Shown here: in pieces, positions 36,293 to 44,892 of the stretch
Numbering within the stretch: position 1 is the first letter of the stretch
Layout of the letters: each line of letters begins with the position of its first letter
IMG/VR virus record: IMGVR_UViG_3300035156_000067
Span: 1-52,287 of that record
Reading direction: 5' to 3' (one strand)
DNA length: 52,287 bases
DNA from: a virus
Taxonomy: Duplodnaviria; Caudoviricetes
Notes under the pieces: model-generated
Told to the model about the DNA's origin: nothing
Database searches by the model: none
What the model saw: only the letters and a program-made list of their open reading frames with translations
Translations under genes and position numbers: made by a program

Positions 36293-36338
36293 CTACGGTA
36301 TTCCGTAGGTCGCAACACCTTTCTACGATTTTCCGTAG
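36293..36338. promoter_or_regulatory. Left operators (OL) overlapping pL
   Basis: CTACGGTATTCCGTAG at 36293-36308 and CTACGATTTTCCGTAG at 36323-36338 flank a minus-strand TTGCGA. Confidence 0.85.
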
Positions 36339-36431
36339 CGACCGGTTGCGTCAGGTTTGGACGTGGGCGTTGAGGCGGGGACTCGACTCCGGGCTCGATC
36401 CGGCGATTCGTTAACGGGAGAGGAGGCGTAG

Positions 36432-36683
36432 ATGGCCAGAAAGACGATCTACTGCGCACAAGCGTTTTGGCGGCGGGACGGACGGTTGACCGGCGGCGTC
36501 GTGCATCAGTTCCACACGGAGGAGCGGGCTCGGGCTGGCGGCGAGATCCTTGCGGGATCAGCGGACGGCGTAGCCGTATTTAGACTGACGGGAGAAGCGG
36601 ACGTCGACTTCTGGGATGAGCCCGTGCTGATCGTGACCTTTGGCGCGACCCCCGGTCATGGGGACGAAGCCGACGCGGCGTAG
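36432..36683 (+). CDS. Hypothetical protein (immunity-region accessory)
   Basis: AGGAGG RBS. Confidence 0.7.
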   Translation: MARKTIYCAQAFWRRDGRLTGGVVHQFHTEERARAGGEILAGSADGVAVFRLTGEADVDFWDEPVLIVTFGATPGHGDEADAA

Positions 36684-36684
36684 G

Positions 36685-37083
36685 CTACCAGGCCCGTTCC
36701 CAAGGCTTGCAATCGGGCTTGCCTGTTTCGCAGGGCGGCATCGCGGGCTTTTCCGCCAAGCGGGCGCCTTCAACCTTTGAAACGGACTGCTGGACGGCCG
36801 ATACGTCCCGGGAAACACCATCAATCTTCGCCGCAAGCGTCGATGTCTGTTGGATTATAAGGCCAGCCAATACCAAGAAACCCGCCGAGAAGGCGAGCAG
36901 TAGCCACTTGAGGTGGCTATCGAGACGATCGTCTAGCCGCCCTAGTCGATCCTCAACCGATTGTTGCCAACCATCCATGTCGGGAGGAATAGGCCCCCCA
37001 CCGTGCGGCGGCAAGTCCGGCGGCTGAAACGCCGGACCGGGCGGGCCCTTTGCCCGAAGGGGAATTACGTTGTCAGACGGCAT
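36685..37083 (-). CDS. Single-TM coiled-coil membrane protein
   Basis: TM segment WLLLAFSAGFLVLAGLII; lies downstream of the repressor. Confidence 0.6.
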   Translation of the reverse strand: MPSDNVIPLRAKGPPGPAFQPPDLPPHGGGPIPPDMDGWQQSVEDRLGRLDDRLDSHLKWLLLAFSAGFLVLAGLIIQQTSTLAAKIDGVSRDVSAVQQSVSKVEGARLAEKPAMPPCETGKPDCKPWERAW

Positions 37084-37366
37084 CCGTGCGATCCTCGCCG
37101 ACGAAGACCTCGTTGTTAAGGCGGTCCGCAAATCGTTTGACGGTGTCCCTGGCCAACGACTGGTATGGGGCTAGGGAAGGGTCGAAATTGGCGGCCTGAG
37201 AGAAGATCAAGCTTTCGACGTACTGCTTCATGATCCAGCTTGCGCGGCTGACATAGGACTGAGCGACCAAGGGGTCGTCACGGCTATCGACCATCCGGGC
37301 AACGGCTTCCAGATAGGCCACCCTTATTTCCAGTGCTGCGATGCGCTCGTCTTTGTCGTCAGTCAT
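37073..37366 (-). CDS. Hypothetical protein co-transcribed with the repressor
   Basis: ATGA overlap with the repressor stop. Confidence 0.6.
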   Translation of the reverse strand: MTDDKDERIAALEIRVAYLEAVARMVDSRDDPLVAQSYVSRASWIMKQYVESLIFSQAANFDPSLAPYQSLARDTVKRFADRLNNEVFVGEDRTDAV

Positions 37367-37896
37367 CCGCCCGTCCCACTCTTCACGCCAGACCATGTAG
37401 GCGCCGGCGCGATCTTGGTGCTGGGTTTAGCTAAGACCGCCTCAAGCGCGCCGGTGTCCACCTCGTTCGGATTGAATTCGCGAAGGAAACCAGGCCGGGT
37501 TTGAAGCGGCGGAGCTAGACGGCGCAGCCACTTGTCGGACGGCGGCCCGGGTTGTTCCTCGAGAAGCTCGATGGTGGCCGGAGGAACCTCGACCCGAGCG
37601 GCCAGCTCGTCGACGGTGAGAAAGCGAAACTCGCGCCACGCACGGATGTTGTTCCGCTCACCTTCTTCCGGATCCGGACCGCCGAAAATGTCCTCGACCG
37701 TCAGCCTATAGGCAGCGGCGATCTTGGCCTCATTCACGCCGGTTAGGCTGGCGGTCCGCTTACCATTGGTCTCGACCATGTAGGAGCGGATGGTGTTGTA
37801 CTGGACACCAGAATGCTCGGCGACTTGGTTCATGTTTAAGCCGCTCGCCTTCATCCAGGCGTCGAAATTCTCGCGGCGAAGGTCCTGCAGGGTCAT
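37363..37896 (-). CDS. CI-like repressor with two XRE HTH domains
   Basis: LNMNQVAEHSGVQYNTI and IRAWRE...LTVDELAARV...TI..LE; divergent from cro. Confidence 0.82.
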   Translation of the reverse strand: MTLQDLRRENFDAWMKASGLNMNQVAEHSGVQYNTIRSYMVETNGKRTASLTGVNEAKIAAAYRLTVEDIFGGPDPEEGERNNIRAWREFRFLTVDELAARVEVPPATIELLEEQPGPPSDKWLRRLAPPLQTRPGFLREFNPNEVDTGALEAVLAKPSTKIAPAPTWSGVKSGTGG

Positions 37897-37917
37897 CGCC
37901 TGCCATTGTCGCAATAC

Positions 37918-37984
37918 ATACGGATTTTCGTAACCGCGAAGTTCCGTAGACGGGCTTGCCAACATCTACGGTATTCCGTAGTCT
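37918..37984. promoter_or_regulatory. Right operators (OR) and pR
   Basis: TACGGATTTTCGTA at 37919, degenerate GCGAAGTTCCGTAG near 37936, CTACGGTATTCCGTAG at 37966; TTGCCA-N17-TAGTCT promoter. Confidence 0.85.
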
Positions 37985-37990
37985 GCGCAC

Positions 37991-38209
37991 ATGACCGATC
38001 TCGCCAGCATTATCCGCGCAATCGAAACCGCTGCCGAGGCTGAGGGGCTTCCCTCGCTGTCGAAGCGAAGTGGTGTTCCATACACCACCTTGCGCGATTG
38101 GCAGAAGGACGGCTGGCGTCCCAAGGCGGTCCAGACCTTTGAGCGAGTTGCGCGAGCTGCAGCCTCCCTCCCCGCAAACGACACCGCCGCCCAAGCCGAG
38201 GCGGCCTGA
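37991..38209 (+). CDS. cro: Cro-like HTH protein
   Basis: LSKRSGVPYTTLRDW HTH; divergent from the repressor. Confidence 0.8.
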   Translation: MTDLASIIRAIETAAEAEGLPSLSKRSGVPYTTLRDWQKDGWRPKAVQTFERVARAAASLPANDTAAQAEAA

Positions 38210-38243
38210 CCGATGGCTCCCTCAGCCCTCACGCGAGGCGCCC

Positions 38244-38516
38244 ATGTCGATCTGTGACCGGGTGATGGAACTGTCGGATGGTCTCGCGGACCTGCTGCTG
38301 GCTGCGGACGCCGCCACCGACGAGGGCGACGCGCTGAGGTTTCTCCGCAAGGCCGTCGACGCCGCCGAGGCCGTCAAGTTCGGCAACAAGTGCGCACGGA
38401 CAATCCTCACGATGGCAGCGGCCGACGTCCGCAAACAGCGCCTCGCGCCTGACCTTCCCGTTCCGGCCAATGATCATCTGCCTGACTCCTCTCCACATGA
38501 CCCCATCGTCGCCTGA
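38244..38516 (+). CDS. Hypothetical protein
   Basis: GAGG RBS before ATG 38244. Confidence 0.6.
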   Translation: MSICDRVMELSDGLADLLLAADAATDEGDALRFLRKAVDAAEAVKFGNKCARTILTMAAADVRKQRLAPDLPVPANDHLPDSSPHDPIVA

Positions 38517-38558
38517 CCGCAGGCCCTCCGTCATCCGAACTTTCGCAAGGTCTAAACC

Positions 38559-39014
38559 GTGAACAAACTCAGTCATCGTGAACACGCCCGGTTAGCCGAA
38601 GACTTGATCGACGAGTGCGGCGGTCAAGCCGAAGCCGCGAAGGTCTGCCGGGTCGGCAAGTCCACGCTCTCGACCTACGCCAACCCGCATGAAGCGGCCA
38701 CGATGCCCGCCGATGTCATCGCCGACCTCGAATGGCACTGCCGGAAAGCCATCTATTCGACTGCCCTGGCTGAGTTGTTCGCCATGGCGCCGGCCGTCGG
38801 CGACCTTGCTGCTGCCGCCTGTGACCTGACCGAACACACGACTGCGGTTCAGGGCGTTGTTCGCCGCAGCCTTGCGGATGGCGATCTGACCCCTCGCGAG
38901 ATCGATGCCATTGCCGACGCTGAGCGCGACGCTGAGGACGCCCTCGCCCGGCTCAAATCTACCCGCCGCGCCATCGAAGCCGGGACCGACCGCAAGCTCC
39001 GGACGGTGTCCTGA
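38559..39014 (+). CDS. CII-like regulatory protein
   Basis: CGG...AA...RV.KSTLS.Y..P....MP.DV..DLE and ADG.LT..E motifs. Confidence 0.7.
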   Translation: MNKLSHREHARLAEDLIDECGGQAEAAKVCRVGKSTLSTYANPHEAATMPADVIADLEWHCRKAIYSTALAELFAMAPAVGDLAAAACDLTEHTTAVQGVVRRSLADGDLTPREIDAIADAERDAEDALARLKSTRRAIEAGTDRKLRTVS

Positions 39015-39337
39015 TGTGCGACTTCAAGCCCGGTGACGAGGTGGTTTGCATCATTGCAGGCATGTTGCCTTGGCAAGGGCGCGACCCTGCCCTTCCGACC
39101 GCTGGACTGACCGAGGGCGCGACCTACAGCGTGCACTACGTCGGGCTCGACGATGATGATGAGATCACTGTCTGGCTCAACGAGACGGGCAACTTCTGCG
39201 ATGACGGTATCGATTGGGGATACTGCCCGATCCGCTTCCGCAAGGTCGAGCGCCGCGACTGGTCCGTCTGGCTCGCCGCCGAGAACACCATCGAAAATCC
39301 CAATCCTGTCCACCGCCGAAAGCGCGAGACGGCCTGA
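39014..39337 (+). CDS. Hypothetical protein (SH3-like)
   Basis: FKPGD.VVCI...L.EG.TY.V...RFRKV pattern. Confidence 0.65.
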   Translation: MCDFKPGDEVVCIIAGMLPWQGRDPALPTAGLTEGATYSVHYVGLDDDDEITVWLNETGNFCDDGIDWGYCPIRFRKVERRDWSVWLAAENTIENPNPVHRRKRETA

Positions 39338-39387
39338 CCACCAAACGGGACCGACCGGCCCGTTGACCGGTCGAACAGGAGGGCCAG

Positions 39388-39978
39388 ATGGCCAAGACGC
39401 TTACAGCAGATGCCGCACCGCCCGCCGGGTCGTCGGCTTCCATCCCGAACGCCAGTGAAGAGGCCAACTTCCTCTCTCACATCGGCAAGCTTCGTATTCA
39501 GGACAACAAGGTCGCCATCGCGAAGGCCGCTCTGGATGCCGAACGTGCCGTGCTGAACGACCTGTTCGGCGAGGCCAAGCGCGACAAGTTCAGCCGCAAG
39601 GAACTCCGCGCGATCCTCGACGACGGCAAGGCCATCCGTCGCGATCTGGTCGCCGAGGAAGAACGCCGCGCCAAGCTCCGCATCTGGGCGGGACTGCCAG
39701 CCGGCGCCCAACCTGATCTGTTCGGTCTGGGCGACACCGCCCGGGACGCGGTCGACGCCGACGCTCATGGCTACGCGATGGGCCGTCGTGGTGAGGACGA
39801 GTTTGCGCCGGACTGGATCGGGCCGAACAATCTTCCGGACTTCTCGGGCGGCTGGCGCCGGGCGCAGGCTGAACTGCTCGCTCAGGTCGGCACGGCTGAC
39901 GCCCCAAAGGCGAAAGGCCCCAAGCTGGTCGCCGACAATGACGCCAAGGCCGACGAACCGAAGACGGACGCGGCATAG
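39388..39978 (+). CDS. GapR/DUF2312-like protein with Rmf-like C-terminal motif
   Basis: LNDLFGEAKRDKFSRKELRAIL; QPDLF; GY..G..G...P.W...F..GW. Confidence 0.5.
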   Translation: MAKTLTADAAPPAGSSASIPNASEEANFLSHIGKLRIQDNKVAIAKAALDAERAVLNDLFGEAKRDKFSRKELRAILDDGKAIRRDLVAEEERRAKLRIWAGLPAGAQPDLFGLGDTARDAVDADAHGYAMGRRGEDEFAPDWIGPNNLPDFSGGWRRAQAELLAQVGTADAPKAKGPKLVADNDAKADEPKTDAA

Positions 39979-40515
39979 ATGTACCTCGCGCTCGACCTCG
40001 CAACCGAGACCGGCTTCTGCGTCGGGGCTGCCGACACCGGCGAAGTCCCGACGCTGGGTCACGTCCGCATGCCGTCCACTGGCCCAGATGTGGGTCAGTT
40101 CCTGGCTGCGTGGCAGGACTGGCTGGACGCAAAGGTCTGCGAGGTCGAGCCGACCCTCATCATTTTCGAGGCCCCGATCCTTCCGTCTGAGACCCAGATG
40201 TCGACGACCCGGAAGCTTCAGGGCCTCGCAGGGGTCACTGAAATGGTCTGCCACCGCGCCGGTATCGAAGTCGCGGAGCTGACGACCAGCACCGTGAAGA
40301 AGGGCCTCACCGGCAACGGCAGGGCCAGCAAGTCGGACATGGTCCGCGCCTGCCGCGCCTACGGCTTCAACCCCCACACCTACATCAAGAAGGGCGAAGA
40401 ATCGTCCGACGAGGCTGACGCCTTTGGCATCTGGCTCTGCGCCTTACGCCTTCGCCACCCGACCCATGCCGGACGCTGGGACCCCATGAATTTCACACCG
40501 AGGACCGCCGCATGA
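39979..40515 (+). CDS. RuvC-like Holliday junction resolvase
   Basis: LALDLA..TG, FEAP, VKK.LTGNGRASK..M and DEADA motifs. Confidence 0.88.
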   Translation: MYLALDLATETGFCVGAADTGEVPTLGHVRMPSTGPDVGQFLAAWQDWLDAKVCEVEPTLIIFEAPILPSETQMSTTRKLQGLAGVTEMVCHRAGIEVAELTTSTVKKGLTGNGRASKSDMVRACRAYGFNPHTYIKKGEESSDEADAFGIWLCALRLRHPTHAGRWDPMNFTPRTAA

Positions 40516-41306
40516 GGTACTTACAAACCCGAGACGAACAGCGCGAGTTCTGTGCCGAATGGCGCGCTGGCGTTCCTATCACCGAGCTGACCGCCCGATA
40601 CGGTATCAGCCGCAGCGCCATGAATGCGCATCGCCGGAAGCTGAACCTTCCAGAGCGCGGCGAAGTGGCTGGATGGACCCCTGCCCGCCTTGCCCTCGCC
40701 CAGCGCCTCTATCAAGTCGAAGGCCGTTCCGCCTCTCAGGTCGCGGCTGTTCTGGGTCTCGGATGCACCCGCAACGCCGTCATCGGCAAGGCGCACCGGA
40801 TGGGATGGGCTAAGGCTCGCAATCAGCAGCCGTCCGACCCGTCCGTGCTGACGGTTCGCGCCCATAGGGTCGTCCGGTCGCGCGTGAAACCTCCAAAGCC
40901 CGGCCCCGGCGCCAAGACCCCCGGCACGTTCAGCCTCATGTCTCAGGCGACATCAACGGCAACCGAATCCGTTCGCAAGGAACGCGCCGCCGAGGGTCAG
41001 AAGGCCATCGCCCGGGCTAGCGTTTCGGATGTCCTGAGCCCTAACGCCGTGCCGTTCCTCGACGCCCAACACGGCTGCAAGTGGCCGATTGGCGAGGGGA
41101 TGGCGATGATGTCGTGCTGCAACAAGATCGCGCGCGGCGTTTATTGCGAAGGTCACGCAGCCGTCGCGTTCTCAGCTTTCCAGCCTGCCGAACGTGACCG
41201 CGCCGACCGACGGACCTCAAGCTTCACCCGCCATGACCGTATCGCGACCCCGCGCAAACAGGCGGCCACTGACGGCCTGTGGGACGAGATCAGGAACGCG
41301 GCGTGA
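40512..41306 (+). CDS. gcrA: GcrA-family transcriptional regulator
   Basis: WT..R......EG.SASQVA..LG..TRNAVIGKAHRMG and CKWPIGE...CC......YCEGH; extra N-terminal HTH. Confidence 0.88.
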   Translation: MRYLQTRDEQREFCAEWRAGVPITELTARYGISRSAMNAHRRKLNLPERGEVAGWTPARLALAQRLYQVEGRSASQVAAVLGLGCTRNAVIGKAHRMGWAKARNQQPSDPSVLTVRAHRVVRSRVKPPKPGPGAKTPGTFSLMSQATSTATESVRKERAAEGQKAIARASVSDVLSPNAVPFLDAQHGCKWPIGEGMAMMSCCNKIARGVYCEGHAAVAFSAFQPAERDRADRRTSSFTRHDRIATPRKQAATDGLWDEIRNAA

Positions 41307-42754
41307 TGGCAGGGCACCGCACCAGCGTCCGGCGCTTCGCTTCCGCCGAGATCGACACCTCCCGCTCCACTGGCTTGAAAGCCGATCACCCCGCCCTGTC
41401 TGAAGGCCGGACTATCTTTCCCACGACCGTCAGCAGCAGCAAGGCCAGCCCCAGGTTCCTCGTCTCGGGCCATAACAACCCGAAGCTCGGCAAGGCTGTC
41501 CTGAAGGGGCCTCGCACCGGCTGGCCGATCTATCAGCTCTCGCTCGAGGAGCGCGCCACCTGTCCCCGGACCTGCGCTCAATGGGCGGACTGCTACGGCA
41601 ACGCCATGCCGTTCGCCCGGCGCCATACCCCGGATGTCGACTTCGAGCGGTTCCTTGTCGCCGAGATCATTACCCTGTGCCGCGCGCACCCTGAGGGCCT
41701 CTTGGTCCGACTGCATGCCCTCGGCGACTTCTACTCTGTCGAGTACGTCTACATCTGGGCCCGGCTCATCACCGACTTTCCTCAGCTTCACGTCTTCGGC
41801 TACACGGCCCGCAAGGTCGATGATGCTGACCCGGATAGCGCCCGCATTGCCCGCGCCATCTACCTGCTGACCGAGTCGGCATGGGATCGGTTCTCGATCC
41901 GCACGTCGGGAGTGTCGACGGCCCGCTCGCGCTCTGTCGTGGTCGACGAAAACCCGATGCTGGCCGACACGATCGTCTGCCCTGCTCAGACCTCCGACAC
42001 CGAGGCCTGCGCTTCCTGCGGGCTGTGCTGGGCATCAGCGGCGCGGGACAAGACTATCGCCTTCCTGAGGCACGGCATGAAGACGCGAGGCCCGAAGGCC
42101 GCGAATGATGTCGTGGCTGTCCCTGCCGCCAAGATCGTCGCTGTCGCCGCACCCGCACCTAAGGCGCCGCCCGCCACAAAAGCCCCGGCGACCGACCGCC
42201 CCCTGTCGCCGGGATGCGCGAAGGCGTTCGCCTACCTCACTGACGCCGCCGATGCGGACGGCAAGGTCTCCGCAACATGGGCCGAGATTTGCAAGGGTTC
42301 GGGCGTTCCGTCGGGATCTATGGGCTACACGATGGAGACCCTCGTCAAGCGGGGCGTGATCTCAATCGCCATCAAGGGCAACGGGCGTGGTGACCCGGTC
42401 ACCTATCAGATCGGAAAGACCAGCGCGGCTCCGGTGACAGCAGCTCCGGCCGCTACCAGGCCCGCCTACGTCTCTCCGATCAAGCTGACGACCAAGGTCA
42501 CGCCCCGGATGGTGACGCGTGGACCCGCTGCCCCATCGGCTGACGACCTGTCCGACATCCCGGCCAACGATGCGAAACCTCGCGGTCTGGTGGCCCGTAA
42601 GGCTGGCCAATGCGCCTACCCGACCAACTCACCCGCCATCGGTCGGGGCGAGGACACCACGTTCTGCTGCGAGCCGTCCGTCGGGCGCCTCTCGTACTGC
42701 AAAGAACACACCGCCCTGATGTTCAGCCGTCCGGCCAAGAAGGTGGCGGCATGA
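41306..42754 (+). CDS. Gp88-like Cys-rich protein fused to wHTH and GcrA-type C-terminal domain
   Basis: N.KLGK, TCP..C....CY, RLH..GDF and CPAQ...CASCGLCW; C-terminal CAYP...FCC......YCKEH. Confidence 0.7.
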   Translation: MAGHRTSVRRFASAEIDTSRSTGLKADHPALSEGRTIFPTTVSSSKASPRFLVSGHNNPKLGKAVLKGPRTGWPIYQLSLEERATCPRTCAQWADCYGNAMPFARRHTPDVDFERFLVAEIITLCRAHPEGLLVRLHALGDFYSVEYVYIWARLITDFPQLHVFGYTARKVDDADPDSARIARAIYLLTESAWDRFSIRTSGVSTARSRSVVVDENPMLADTIVCPAQTSDTEACASCGLCWASAARDKTIAFLRHGMKTRGPKAANDVVAVPAAKIVAVAAPAPKAPPATKAPATDRPLSPGCAKAFAYLTDAADADGKVSATWAEICKGSGVPSGSMGYTMETLVKRGVISIAIKGNGRGDPVTYQIGKTSAAPVTAAPAATRPAYVSPIKLTTKVTPRMVTRGPAAPSADDLSDIPANDAKPRGLVARKAGQCAYPTNSPAIGRGEDTTFCCEPSVGRLSYCKEHTALMFSRPAKKVAA

Positions 42755-42939
42755 ACCGCGCTGACCTGATCCACGCGCGCCAGAAGGCCGACCTCGTCAT
42801 GACCGAGACCGTGAAGATCGAAGGCTGCCTCCGCGCAATCAAGGACGTCGCCGGTTTTCAGGGAGCCGAGACCGCCGCCCGCGTCGCACTTCAACGAGTC
42901 TGCCGCGCCAGCAACGACAACGACGGATGGGTGGCATGA
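42751..42939 (+). CDS. Hypothetical protein
   Basis: ATGA overlaps. Confidence 0.55.
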   Translation: MNRADLIHARQKADLVMTETVKIEGCLRAIKDVAGFQGAETAARVALQRVCRASNDNDGWVA

Positions 42940-43286
42940 CCAACTCCAAAGAGAACTACATGGTCGACCGCATCGATCGGAAGCGCGAGGAGCCCGCCGC
43001 TAAGGCCCTCCGCCTGCGCCGGAACATGTATCTGCTGATGCAGGCCCGCCGGTCCGTCACCTCCCTTCTCGCCGATCTGACCAGTCCCGACGAGCAAGGC
43101 GCGATCCTGGGTCACCTGATCGACATCGCCGCCGAGCAACGCCACCCGCTCATTGGCAGGGTCGAGACGGCAACGGCACTCAACAGCGTCGCCGCCGACG
43201 TCTGCGCCGTGTTCAGGCTCGACCGGGGCGTGAAGTTCGCCCGTGCCGAGCAGTTGTTCGCGGCGAACGATGGGGATCAGACGTGA
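42936..43286 (+). CDS. Hypothetical protein
   Basis: ATGA/GTGA overlaps. Confidence 0.6.
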   Translation: MTNSKENYMVDRIDRKREEPAAKALRLRRNMYLLMQARRSVTSLLADLTSPDEQGAILGHLIDIAAEQRHPLIGRVETATALNSVAADVCAVFRLDRGVKFARAEQLFAANDGDQT

Positions 43287-43465
43287 ATCGGAAGGATCTG
43301 GTCGCGCTAGAACTCCACTACGCCGGGATGCTGCGCCGTGAGGCCAAGTCTCGCGCCAAGCGATACCCCAAGATCGCCGAGCAGCTGACCAAATGGGCGG
43401 ACAACGCCGTTGCACGGGCTGAGACAGTTCGCTGCGGGCCGCTGTTTTCGGGAGCGGCCGAATGA
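43283..43465 (+). CDS. Small helical protein, likely paralog of 28141-28311
   Basis: H.A..LR.EA..R...L..WA.NA..RA pattern. Confidence 0.65.
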   Translation: MNRKDLVALELHYAGMLRREAKSRAKRYPKIAEQLTKWADNAVARAETVRCGPLFSGAAE

Positions 43466-44892
43466 TGGATCCCCGCGACTTCGAACAGGCCGCCGACCCG
43501 CTGACGGCCAACATGGAAGCCGAGACGGCGCTGCTGGGGATCCTGCTCTATGAGCCGACCGCGCACCGTGACGTGCAGGACCGGGTGACGGCTGAGGACT
43601 TCTCCGAGCCGTTCTTCCAACGCCTGTATGCCGCCATCGTCGAGAGTATCGCCGCCCACGGGCTGGCCGATACCGCCCTGCTGAGCGGTCGCCTGTCGTC
43701 CGATCCCGCATGGCAGGACTTTGGCGGCGCGAGCGGCCTCGGCGATATGATTGAGAAGGCCGGTAATCCGAAGCTGGCCGCCGACTACGCCCTGCAGATC
43801 GCTGATGCCGCACTGCGTCGCCGTTTGATCCGCATGGGGCAGGAGGCTATCGTCAGGGCTCGTTCCGACGAGCTGAGCGCCTTCGACGCCGTGGCGGCCA
43901 CCCGAACAGCCCTAGAGGATGCGGAGCGCGGCTCGGCGCCGGAAGACGCCCTGTTCGTCAATGCCCATGACGCAGCCCTGTCCCGTATGGACCGGCTAGA
44001 GATGGAAGTCGCGACCGGGAAGCCGAAGGGCATTCAGACGGGCATGTCCTGCTTCGACAAGCGGCTCGGCGGGTTCATGCCGGGTTCGGTCCTGATCCTT
44101 GCCGGTCGGCCAGGTATGGGAAAGACGGCGCTTCTCGGCAACGCCCTCTACGGCGCCGCAATCCGTAACCCGAACAAGCTGTTCGCGGGCTTCTCGCTCG
44201 AGATGGACACCGACCAGTTGAATGACCGCGCCCTATCGCGCCTCACCGAGAGCGAGTCGCAGCCGGTTTCATTCTCCGACATCGCCAAGGTGCTACCGCT
44301 CACGTCATTCGACATGCAGGCACTGCACCGGGCGAAGGGCTTCATACCCAAAAACCTGTGGCTACGAGACCGGGCGGGCGTGTCCGTGGAGGACGTGGCT
44401 CGCGCTGTCTGGGCCATGAAGCGCCGAGGGGACTTGGGCGCCATTGGCATCGACTATCTGCAGCTTATGCGCCGCCCTGCCCTCGCGGGCCGGAATGAGG
44501 CCAGCGCCATCGCCGAGATGACCGGCGCCCTGAAGAACCTCGCCCGCGAAGCCAAGATCACGATCCTGCTGCTGAGCCAGCTCAACCGATCGGTCGAGAG
44601 CCGGGACGATAAGCGGCCCATGCTGAGCGACCTGCGGGAGTCGGGCTCCATTGAGCAGGATGCCGACGCCGTCCTCTTCCCCTTCCGCGAGGTCTACTAC
44701 CTCCAGAAGGCCGAACCCAAGCCTGACCTCACCGGAATGAACGGCCCTCACTTCGAGTGGGAGATGCAGGTCGCGAACCTGCGCCGGCACATGGACGTCA
44801 TCATCGCCAAGAACCGCCATGGCTCCGAGGGCTCCGAGCCCATGGACTACCAGGCCGAAATCGACCTCATCATGGATCGGAGGGCCGCGTGA
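43462..44892 (+). CDS. dnaB: DnaB-like replicative helicase
   Basis: AGRPGMGKT, FSLEM, IDYLQL, LSQLNR, SDLRESGSIEQDAD and AKNRHG motifs. Confidence 0.96.
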   Translation: MMDPRDFEQAADPLTANMEAETALLGILLYEPTAHRDVQDRVTAEDFSEPFFQRLYAAIVESIAAHGLADTALLSGRLSSDPAWQDFGGASGLGDMIEKAGNPKLAADYALQIADAALRRRLIRMGQEAIVRARSDELSAFDAVAATRTALEDAERGSAPEDALFVNAHDAALSRMDRLEMEVATGKPKGIQTGMSCFDKRLGGFMPGSVLILAGRPGMGKTALLGNALYGAAIRNPNKLFAGFSLEMDTDQLNDRALSRLTESESQPVSFSDIAKVLPLTSFDMQALHRAKGFIPKNLWLRDRAGVSVEDVARAVWAMKRRGDLGAIGIDYLQLMRRPALAGRNEASAIAEMTGALKNLAREAKITILLLSQLNRSVESRDDKRPMLSDLRESGSIEQDADAVLFPFREVYYLQKAEPKPDLTGMNGPHFEWEMQVANLRRHMDVIIAKNRHGSEGSEPMDYQAEIDLIMDRRAA

